A DNA stretch of 64,000 bases from Paraspadella gotoi (lineage: Eukaryota; Animalia; Chaetognatha). The translations under genes and the position numbers were made by a program. This document shows positions 47,257-57,374 of the stretch, piece by piece. Every line of letters begins with the position of its first letter. Positions within the stretch are counted from its first letter, which is position 1. The notes beneath the pieces were generated by a model. It was not told where the DNA came from, searched no databases, and saw only the letters and a list, made by a program, of their open reading frames with translations. The DNA is taken from the NCBI GenBank assembly GCA_051294375.1, contig CM119269.1, positions 11,944,896 to 12,008,895 of the forward strand, written 5' to 3'.

Positions 47257-50200
47257 GGGGGTTAGGAGGATTTAAGGTTATATTTATATTATCATTTAAA
47301 AGAAGTCAAAATCGAGTCGGCGAAAGTAATTTTTTTGGTAGAAGGATCAATTAGATCATTTTTTTCGAGTGAATTGTTCATTGTATGGTGGACTAAAATC
47401 CACCAACCGTTTCATCAGCGGCCATTGGTGCCGGAGGCAAGTTATTCGCCTCCCAACCCAATGGTCTGGGGTTCCAGCCCGGTTTTCGCCTAGCAGATAA
47501 AGGGGATGGGACGCTTAACCTGCCTGTAACACGGTGTTACAGCCTGATCCGAAGTCAGGGATTGCTTATTAGAGTGGAGCACTCAAGAACAAAAAATTTA
47601 TTTGAATGATCGAACAATGATATTTAGATGTGAGATAGTATGATTAATTAGTACAAAAAATATTATTGTTCATATTATCTCGGAACAGAATAGTAAAATA
47701 TAATATATTTTGTAGATAATATCCTTATAAAATAGTAAATTTTAAAATAATTTTTTTAAAACTTTTAATAAAGATTCAGATTCTTTCAATCTCTCTCTTT
47801 TTTATATTTATATTATCATTTAAAAGAAGTCAAAATCGAGTCGGCGAAAGTAATTTTTTTGGTAGAAGGATCAATTAGATCATTTTTTTCGAGGTGAATT
47901 GTTCATTGTATGGTGGACTAAAATCCACCAACCGTTCATCAGCGGCCATTGGTGCCGGAGGCAAGTTATTCGCCTCCCAACCCAATGGTCTGGGGTTCCA
48001 GCCCGGTTTTCGCCTAGCAGATAAGAGGGATGGGACGCTTAACCTGCCTGTAACACGGTGTTACAGCCTGATCCGAAGTCAGGGATTGCTTATTAGAGTG
48101 GAGCACTCAAGAACAAAAAATTTATTTGAATGATCGAACAATGATATTTAGATGTGAGATAGTATGATTAATTAGTACAAAAAATATTTTGTTCATATTA
48201 TCTCGGGAACAGAATAGTAAAATATAATATATTTGTAGTAATATCCTTATAAAATAGTAAATTTTAAAAATATTTTTTAAAACTTTTAATAAAGATTCAG
48301 ATTCTGCATAAAAAGTTGAATCAAAAATATAAAACATGTTATCAAAAATTCTGTCATCTTCAATGTTTAAAATAAGAAAAAGGTGAAAATTCCTGACTTT
48401 TTTATTCTCTGTAGTAGAAACTTATAATGTTAAAACGTTTTAGTCATTTTTTGTGATCTAAACATTAAAATATCATATAACATATTTTATAAAAGTTTCT
48501 TAATTTTTTACAGGCAATCCAAATCAGTTCTTAAAATAAAAAAAAATTATTTTGAAATTTGACGATTTTATAAGGATATTACTACATAAATAATTGAATT
48601 TGCTATACTGTTATGCTAAAAACATTTTTAAAAGGATTTAAAATTCATTAATTAATGTCCATAGGCAGTAAAAAAATAATGTTAAGCCTCTGCTACGATC
48701 CCTCGCATTCCCAGGAAAAAACTAACTCTTTTCCAGTATTTGTTCAGTTACTATTAACAAAATTAATTTAATTGCACCATAATATATAATAGGCCAAAGT
48801 ACGGATTGTTAAAACGCATCTCCAGCTATTTCTAAATCATATAAGAGATACATATTGTGCACTTTAATTAGAAAAAAAAATCATGTCCCATGTTTTGGTC
48901 GCATGTTTCACTTCGTCTTCGAATATTGAATGCCGAAGAAAGTTGAGAAAACATTTTTTATTTTGAATTCCTTTTATCCCTATCTTCTTCAACCTTTGAA
49001 TAAAATATGTTTTCCTTATATCATGTCATAGTTCACTTTATAAATTAGTTTTAAAGTTGACAAGTCAAAAAGTCGCAGTTTTAGGGCTTTTATTATAATA
49101 TTATTAAACAAAAATAGTTAAATTGGGCCATTAAACGTAACAGAAAATAACAGTTTCAGACTAAGCTTTTAACACCTACAAATTATCAAGACCAATACTC
49201 TTTTCGTTTAGCCACAAATAATTTTAAAGACGAAATTTTTAAGTTTGTGACTTTTTGTGACTTGCCATTTAGTTTATGATAAAGAAAATTATATATTCAC
49301 ACACTCCCATTTATATAGGTTTAAAAGATTGGGTACTTTCTGACGTTGAGAAAAACAACAAAAAACCGCCATCCTTTTGCAACCCAAGGAAAGCGTAACA
49401 GGACCCTTGTTTTTTCTGAAAATCCGACCAGATTTTGCGGAAAGATTATCGCAAAATCTGTCGGAATTTATAAATTGCGTAGGCAACCAAAATTGAATAA
49501 AAACACTCCCGTTACCATTGAATACCTTTCTTAATAATGGCATATAAACGATTTTCTTTGATATGGCTCAATTGTAAACGTAGTAAGGATGGGAAGAGGA
49601 AAAGAAGATACAAAGAAAAGGAGATAGGAGGAGAAAACTGAAATAGGCGGGCCATAAGGCAAAAACAAAGATAGGGCAAATGGACATGGGGGGAAAGAAA
49701 TTAGTGAGCAAATAAAAGCTAGGAAATGGAGGGGAAAAATTGGAATAAGAAAAAGGGGAAAGAAAGGGAAAGAAGAGAAGGAAAAAGTGGGATGAAAGGG
49801 CATGAATGGCAGAAAAGGTAGGGGCGCAAAAAATGGGTAAGTGTACAGATTGAGAAGTAAGGAGGAAAGAGGAAGAGAGAAAATATGAAAGAAGAGAAGA
49901 AAAGAAGTAAGAAAAAGAATCAGGGAAAGCGTATGAAGAAAAAAGAATTCGTATCAGATAATCGTGCGTCTTACCGTAAAACTTTATGTAATAAAGACGT
50001 GAAAGATTCTTATGAGGAATTCGATCTTTAAAAATGATCTATACCATAGGAAAATCAACATACCTTAATATCTAAAATTAGTAATTAATGGAGATTAGAT
50101 AAACAATTCATTGAAGAAACATGTCTTAACGAGTGTTTTTTTAACTCATAAGAAAGTTTACCTGGACTGGGGACCCGTTCTAAGATCGATACAAAGGAGA

Positions 50201-52107
50201 TAAACTTGAGACTACGTTTGTTTTAAATGAAGTAAGCCTTGACTACTAAAACTGAATGAGATAAGAAAAGAGCGTAATTAATGTCAAGGTTCAGAATTTT
50301 CGTTGTCTAAAAGAGCGGCGATCGTACGTGAGCCTCAATCACTCAAGTCTTTTCATCACTGACTACCCTACTGCTTATATTGAACGGTTCTGTCACTAAA
50401 ACATAATAATAATTACTGTCTCTTACACTGTTTTTTTTTAAACCATGCAGTCGAAAATTTTCACAATCCTGTTCAGTTTCTAGTATAATTTTAAGTGCTT
50501 AAAACTTTTAACAAGGTGTCCTCAATCAGATTTTGCATTAGACCCACACACAATTGACCGGAAGTTGACGTTGACTACAACATGGAATTTTTCTCTTTTT
50601 TTTAATTGCAAGATAAGAAAATAGTTTTATAAAAATAATAATTTTTACTTTAAATTTTTTTTTAAAGGTTCCTACCCATAGTGGGCGTGTCCAAAACCGG
50701 AAATGACACTTAAAAACTGATAAAATACGCAATATTAATAATTTTTGATCTACTATAAATATAATGTTTTTTATTGTCATATGATAGTTGTATCACAAAG
50801 AATTATCATATATATCATAAAAAACTATCATAGCTCTAAATAGACAAAATAAATATCAGTTACAAAAGATTTGTTTCTTAGTAACTGTTAAAATTCAGAA
50901 TTAATATTATTTTTTTATTTTATTAAAAAACCAGTAACAGTCATAATAGATCAAAAAATTTAAATTATACATATTTTATTGATTATCGAGCACTATTTCC
51001 GGTTTGGGATCTGCCCACTATTGATGAAAACCTTTTTTTGAACATTTTTTGTCTAAGTACTACTTACTAAAAAAATTTTCTAATTGCGGGATAAGTAAAA
51101 ATCAACTGCCTAACTTTTCATTTGTAGTAAAAAGAAAAATTCCATATTGTAGTCCACGCCAACTTCCGGTAAATTGTGCGTAGGTCTAATGCAAAATCTG
51201 ATTGACGACACCTTGTTAATCGTTTTAAGCACTTAAAATTATACTAGAAACTGTACAGGATTGTGAAAATTTTCGACTGCATGATTAAAAAAAAAACAGT
51301 TTACTGTCTCTTCACTGGTGAGCCCAACTTCCGAACACAACAGCAAAGACAACACTTTCAGGCGACATGCCTCAACATGGCGATGAACTTTCCGCCAACA
51401 ACACATCCGGCAACATGCCTCAACTTTGTGACGAACTTTCCACCAACAACAACAATTCACTGAAGAGACGCAACAGACTTCTCCCTATGGGAGGGGGGGA
51501 TGTATGATGGACTAAAATCCGCCAACCGTTCATCAGCGGCCATTGGTGCCGGAGGCAAGTCATTCGCCTCCCAACCCAAAGGTCCGGGGTTCTAGACATT
51601 CATTGCAGAATGGTGTTTATAATTGAACAGCGAAAATTGGTCATTAATAAATAGACAATTAAACATGGATACTTATAGGAATTTTAATAAATTACAGGAA
51701 AATCAAACTTGAAAGATTTCGATTAATTATTAAACCCGGATGAAATTTGATAAAACTCAATAAAATAATGAATCCGTATGTATGCCGTGATTAAACCCGG
51801 ATGTTATTCAATGACTCGTGAGTAGAAGACGTAAACCTGGGATGTATTTCGCAATTATTAAATATGTAAAATAAAAAACCCGGTTGAAATTCGTATCCCC
51901 CAGTTTGTCAAATTGTACCAAAGTCGCTCTCTCGGCGAACTTCCGCCTCACATCTTCGCCATCGCCGACGCCGCGTTTCACCGAATGCTCAGGGAGAAGA
52001 AGAATCAGTCCATCATTCTCACAGGTAAGATATTGGGTCAGTTAGTCCGTGGTAACCTGGAACGCGGAACCTTATATTTAAAAGGTTTATGTAAAAACTA
52101 GAATTAT

Positions 52108-52189
<82 letters not shown>

Positions 52190-55100
52190 AGTTTCCCAAT
52201 ACATTGGACTAATCTCTGACGAAAAAAGCCAGAGGTTTTTAGTCGGATCTGCTTTCAGCAGATACCGACTGTCGGGCATTCACTTATATCATGTCAGAAC
52301 ATCGAATTATGATAAATTATGAACAAAGTTGAAGAGAGATTTAACAACGATTTTTATTTCATAGTGAAACGGACATGTTTCGACTCACATACGAGTCTTC
52401 TTCAGCGCAATTAACAAATTGAATTGGCGCTGAGAAGACTCGTATGTGAGTCGAAACATGTCCGTTTCACTATGAAATAAAATCGTTGAAAATCTCTCTT
52501 CAAACTTTGTTCTAAATCAAATCACAACGAAACAAAAAGGAAAAAAAACACAATGATAAATTATGCAAAAAAAACGATGTCCGTCGGTCCGTCGTCTGTG
52601 TGTCTGTCTGTCCGTCCGTCCGTCCATCTCACCTTAGCAAAAAACACCAATTACTCGTGAATGGATGGATGGATTGGAATGACATTTTGTGTGTGGTAGG
52701 GAAGTGTGTGATTGAGCTGGATATGAAGTTTCGATGGAATCGTCCGAGTGGAAATGAGTTTAAATGGAAAAAAACAAAAAATATATTTCACTATTTGAAC
52801 ACCAATTACTCATGAGTGGATGGGGCGATTGACTTGAAATTTTTGTATTTGGGTAGAAAAGTGTGTGATTAAACTGGAAATCAAGTTCCGATGGAATCGT
52901 TTGAGTGGAAATGAGTTTAAATGGAAAAAACAAAGAACCTGTTTCACTAATTGATTTTGCTTTTTTTTAATTTTAAATGTAAATGCAAGATGTATTAATT
53001 AATCAAATAATTAATTAGTTAATTAATCAATTAGTCAATTAATTAATCAATAATTAATTAATCAGTTAATTAATCAATCAAAACAAATTAATTGCATAAT
53101 TGCATAATTAATTAATTAAATAATTAACTTTAATAAATTAATTATTAATTAATTAAATAAATAATTATTTATTTATTAATTACTTAATATGATCGTGGGG
53201 CAGATCCGACATTGTTTGCTCAAACTTGTTTAAATATATTCTTGTGCCGGCCAATGTAGAATGATGCCAATATTGTTAATATTAAGNNNNNNNNNNNNNN
53301 NNNNNNNNNNNTCCGTCTGTGTGTCTGTCTGTCCGTCCGTCCGTCCATCTCACCTTAGCAAAAACACCAATTACTCGTGAATGGATGATGGATTGGAATG
53401 ACATTTTGTGTGTGGGTTAGGGAAGTGTGTGATTGAGCTGGATATGAAGTTTCGATGGAATCGTCCGAGTGGAAATGAGTTTAAATGGAAAAAACACAAA
53501 AAATATATTTCACTATTTGAACACACAATTACTCATGAGTGGATGGGGCGATTGACTTGAAATTTTGTATTTGGGTAGAAAAGTGTGTGATTAAACTGGA
53601 AATCAAGTTCCGATGGAATCGTTTGAGTGGAAATGAGTTTAAAATGGAAAAAACAAAGAACCTGTTTCACTAATTGATTATGCTTTTTTTTAATTTTAAA
53701 TGTAAATGCAAGATGTATTAATTATCAAATAATTAATTAGTTAATTAATCAATCATTAGTAATAATATAATTAATTAATCAGTTAATTAATCATAATCAA
53801 AACAAATTAATTGCATAATTGCATAATTAATTAATTAAATAATTAACTTTAATAAATTAATTATTAATTAATTAAATAAATAATTATTTATTTATTAATT
53901 AATTAAAATGATCGTGGGCAGATCCGACATTGTTTGCTCAAACTTGTTTAAATATATTCTTGTGCCGGCCAATGTAGAATGATGCCAATATTGTTAATAT
54001 TAAGTTTCAAGTAAATCCAACCATGGATATAGAAATATTAACCAAAATCGATGGAAAATGCACCACTTTGATGGAAGATTTTCGCCATAAAAGATTTTTC
54101 CTGAATCTGACTACCAGTTAAAAACTCTTAGAATTCCGATCGTTTGCTCCTCTTTTACTTTTAGTAGGGAAGTCTGGCGTTAAGCGTCCGAGATAAAAAT
54201 TAGCGAATAAAAAAGTCGTTATTTTACTCACTGAATAAAAATACTTAAAATACTTACAAAATACATAAAAGTACATAAAATTGATAAAATTATTATTGTG
54301 ATAACATTGTTCAATCACATGCAACACATCCAGTGCCCTTTTTTCATTTAAATAGACAGATATCAACTATAAATATCAGAATTAATTTTTCTTTTTGATA
54401 CAACAAGAGAACTGAACCTCCGTCGCTTGATGTCGTCAGGTTACTAGTAAATATGCGTTTGAGGATTCCAAATATGTTTTTAAAATTGACCTACGTAGAC
54501 GCGCATAGACGCGATATGCCTTGAAAGCAAGTTGTTCCGTTATTTCCTTTACATTTTTTCTTCAATTTATAAGAGTTTTGCGAGATGGGGGATCAGGTTT
54601 CCGGGAATTTAGGCTTTTTTTGTGGTCTCCCCACGATTCGAACACAAGACCGTAATAAATAGTATAAATATGGGCATATTTCGAAAGCTTGGCGTCTTGG
54701 GAAGCCGTTGCCGGTGGAGCGCGAGAAAAATTTGGTCATCTTGATATAAAAAAAGGGACCTAAAGTGGAATGGTTGACCTGGCAAAAAAAAAATTATCAC
54801 AATTTTTTTCTTTCCATGTCACAATGCTATCACAAAACAACTTTAATGCATCATGTGAGGCATCATATGAAAGCTAACGATGTCTGCCACATGTCAGCAC
54901 GTGAAAAAAAATTTTCTTTATAAAAATAAAAAATCACCAGACTACCCTACTTTTAGTTTAAATAAAAATTTAACCAAAATCGACTAATTCACTTTACCAT
55001 GATCATATCATATTAAAATAACTAAATAAAATGTAAAGGAAAATTTTGAGAGCCCTTCAGACACTTTGCCAGAGGATTCCTTAATTTGACGTCATTTGTG

Positions 55101-56310
55101 AAACCGGAACATATCTCAATCACGTTTATATTGTCTTGAAGGGAAAAAATCCTTTTCATTTCTATATAAAAATTTTTTTCGTACAGAAGCAGTTTATTTG
55201 TTCTGGCTTGTTTGATATCAAAATGTTGATGATTTGACAAGAGAAAAAAAATACGAGCCCTTCAGATGCAACAGGATCGGAATCAAGTGTTTTTACATCA
55301 ATTTTTTACTGGAATTTTTTTTACAGGAGCGTTTATATTGTCTGGTAGTCAGATTTGAACAAAAATATCCATTGAAAAAATCTTCTTCGATCTCTAAAAA
55401 CAACGTCAGCTCCTATGATACAGTATACTTGTCCTTTGGCTTAACTAGGACTAAGCTCTGATGAAAAAAGCCAAAGGTTTTTTTAATATATTCTTAAACA
55501 GGCCAATGTAGAATGATGGCAATATTGCTATTGTTAAGTTTTAAAAAAATACGACTATAAATATAGAAAATATTAAACAAAATCTTTGGAAAATCCACCC
55601 CTTCTTTGGAAGATTTTTGCCATAAAAGATTTTTCCTGAATCTTTTTCCAGTTGAAAACTAAATAAAAATTTCATCAAAATGGACTAATTCACTTTACCA
55701 TGATCGTATCATATTAAAACAACCAAATAAAATATAAAGAAAAATTTTGAGAGCCCTTCAGACATTTAGCCAGAGGATTCCTGAATTTGATGTCATTTGT
55801 TGAACAGGAACATACCTCAGTCACGTTTATATCGTTTTCAAAGAAAAAAAATCCATTTTATTTCTATATAAAATCAACGATGAAAATTTTTTTCGTCCAG
55901 AAGCAGTCTATTTGTTCTGGCTTGTTTGATATCAAGATGTTGATGATTTGACAAGAGAAAAAGAACGCAAGCCCTTCAGATACAACAGGATCGGAATCAA
56001 GTGTTTTTACATCAATTTTTTACCGGAATTTTTCCCAGGAACGTTTATATTGTTTGGTAGTCAGATTTGAACGAAAATCTCCATTGAAAATATCTTCCTC
56101 GATCTCTTAGTAAGAACGATGTCGGCTCCTAGCTTAATATGTTCTTACGTTGTCACTATAAATTAATGAATAATAATATTTCTTTTTATAATTGTATATA
56201 AATACTTTACAGGCGAAAGTGGCTCGGGCAAAACGGAGAGCACCCACCTGTTATTGCATCACCTCACAACGCTTTCGAGAAAGAGGACAGGTGCCGGCGA
56301 GATCGAACAG
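39901..56310 (+). CDS. Myosin IX-like, 5' part (exons 39901-39991, 41241-41415, 46558-46635, 46963-47125, 51904-52024, 56213-56310); presumably continues beyond the window
   Basis: Phase-compatible splicing gives an RA-like N-terminus ([22 protein letters not shown]), then [92 protein letters not shown] and the RA domain are class IX hallmarks. Confidence 0.85.
40160..41016 (-). mobile_element. Solo LTR of TRIM family B (tRNA-containing), split by a TRIM-A insertion
   Basis: TGAAGAGAC (40160) to GTCCAC (40389), resuming CCAC-CATA at 41007-41014. Reverse complement of 57568-57803. Confidence 0.8.
40390..41006 (-). mobile_element. Complete TRIM family A element (LTR 41006-40813, internal 40812-40650, LTR 40649-40390)
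   Basis: Two direct repeats, one with a deletion of about 60 bp. PBS TGGTGAACCCTAC 2 nt after the 5' LTR, short G-rich tract before the 3' LTR, 4-bp TSD CCAC (40386-40389 and 41007-41010). No coding capacity. Confidence 0.9.
41889..46154 (-). CDS. CFAP97D1/D2-like (KIAA1430 domain) axonemal protein; exons 46154-45975, 44945-44784, 44448-44365, 42020-41889
   Basis: All phase-0 GT-AG junctions give [22 protein letters not shown]|[35 protein letters not shown]|[22 protein letters not shown]|[12 protein letters not shown]. This is collinear with recalled CFAP97D1 motifs (VDTKPP, EN..L..I, VDCWN, EN..I..R.....YD....W). Confidence 0.65.
43325..44105 (+). mobile_element. Helentron/DINE-1-like element (family 1)
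   Basis: TTTTTAGTCGGATCTGCTTTCAGCAGATCCCGACT, (GTCT/GTCC)n, 3' GCAGATCCGACATTGTTTGCTCAAACTTGTTTTT. Confidence 0.8.
47382..47572 (+). mobile_element. TRIM-B LTR, 3'-truncated (second copy at about 47907-48097)
   Basis: TGTATGGTGGACTAAAATCCACC followed by the tRNA-like segment; lies in a duplicated unit of about 530 bp. Confidence 0.8.
50371..51595 (+). mobile_element. TRIM-B two-LTR remnant: 5' LTR tail, PBS 51316, internal region, PPT 51489-51500, partial 3' LTR from 51501
   Basis: ..GTCTCTTCA-C-TGGTGAGCCCAAC ... GGGAGGGGGGGA-TGTATGATGGAC. The 5' LTR is interrupted by a foldback element. Confidence 0.85.
50425..51300. mobile_element. Foldback/long-TIR element
   Basis: More than 160 bp of inverted arms (ACTGTTTTTTTTTAAACCATGCAGTCGAAAATTTTCACAATCCTG.. 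and its reverse complement). Host sequence TTACTGTCTCTT is duplicated on both sides. Confidence 0.8.
52236..53231 (+). mobile_element. Helentron/DINE-1-like element (family 1) with nested hammerhead element
   Basis: Same termini and microsatellite as 43325-44105. Confidence 0.8.
52322..52552. mobile_element. Penelope-like palindromic mini-element with a hammerhead on each strand
   Basis: Near-perfect inverted repeat 52321-52512. - strand CTGAAGA-A-GACTC(gtatgt)GAGTC-GAAA-CATGTC. + strand CTGAGAAGACTC..GAGTCGAAACATGTC. 13-bp TSD ATGATAAATTATG at 52309-52321 and 52553-52565. Confidence 0.85.
54165..54949. mobile_element. Short-TIR non-autonomous DNA element
   Basis: TAGGGAAGTCTGG ... CCAGACTACCCTA with CTTTTAG on both sides. 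Absent from the paralogous tandem copy at about 55650. Confidence 0.6.
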
Positions 56311-56676
56311 GTGCGAAACTGCGAGTTCCCTTTAAATAGCTAAAATTACAAATTACAATTCTGTATTGCATATAAAAAAATTACTTTATTTATACTATCA
56401 ACGAATCGTTTATTTAAAATCGAACATCGAACGGACAAAAAAATACGAAATATTGGCAGCAAGGCTAAACATACTACTAATTATATAAACTAACATTTCT
56501 ACGGACGAAGAAAGAATAATTTTAAAAAAAATTAATAATAATAATAATAATGGAATCTGAGAAGGAAAAGAAAAGCAATGAAGTTGCGGAAGAAAAAAAA
56601 GGAATTGGATATTATTGTTTTTGTTTTCGTTGTTGTCGTTGTTGTTATCCCCCGTTCGACAGTCGTTCACAGTTGT

Positions 56677-57324
56677 TCACTGATTGAGAGCGGCGGAGTT
56701 GTTGTTGGATGTTGTGGTCAGTTGGCGCTGCATCTGGCTGATCATCTCTTGCATTCGCGCAATCTCCGCGTCTTTTTGCTTCAACAGTTTCTCCTTGGAG
56801 GATTTTTGTTCTTCCTGTTGAGGGAGGGAGAGGGAGGGAGAGAAGGAAGGAATGAGAAAAAAAAGATAATGTGTTGAATGTATAAATCACGCTTAATGCC
56901 GCCTTTTAAATAAGGTACAATTAAAGTATAATGTTATAAAATGCAATAAGTATAAAACGACAAATTGTCGGCTAAAAATGACTGATAATGCGTCCTAAAT
57001 ATAGCAGTGATAGAGAGAGAGATATATAGCAATGAGNNNNNNNNNNAGAGAGAGAGCGCCAAAACCCCTGACTTGTTCAAAAGCGGCTCTGGTGACGACA
57101 GCGCTACTTCTGTCCACGTTCGTCGCTCGCATCGTCTTCGTGATGTACGTGGCGCGATAGTTTTCGTAGTGAACGTCTCGCGTCACATCCTGTGAACCGA
57201 AATATCCGTGATTATCGATTTCAGAAAAACGTTCAGAGATTTTCGTGACGAGGCTCTGTCCTATTATGTAAATCTGGTTAGTCACGTTTTAAGCTAGATA
57301 ATAGATAAGCAGGTGACCGACCAT

Positions 57325-57374
<50 letters not shown>

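Noticed and set aside
47400-47490. tRNA-like repeats as real tRNA genes or a plain SINE
   Set aside because: The anticodon stem is unpaired, and the unit sits inside a TG..CA repeat flanked by PBS and PPT.
47275-48305. Tandem ~530-bp duplication as a two-LTR element
   Set aside because: The flanks are duplicated too, there is no PBS/PPT, and it is next to a gap. Segmental duplication or artefact.
52590-54005. Near-identical ~700-bp tandem duplication
   Set aside because: It straddles an N gap and differs mostly by small indels, so it is probably an assembly overlap artefact.
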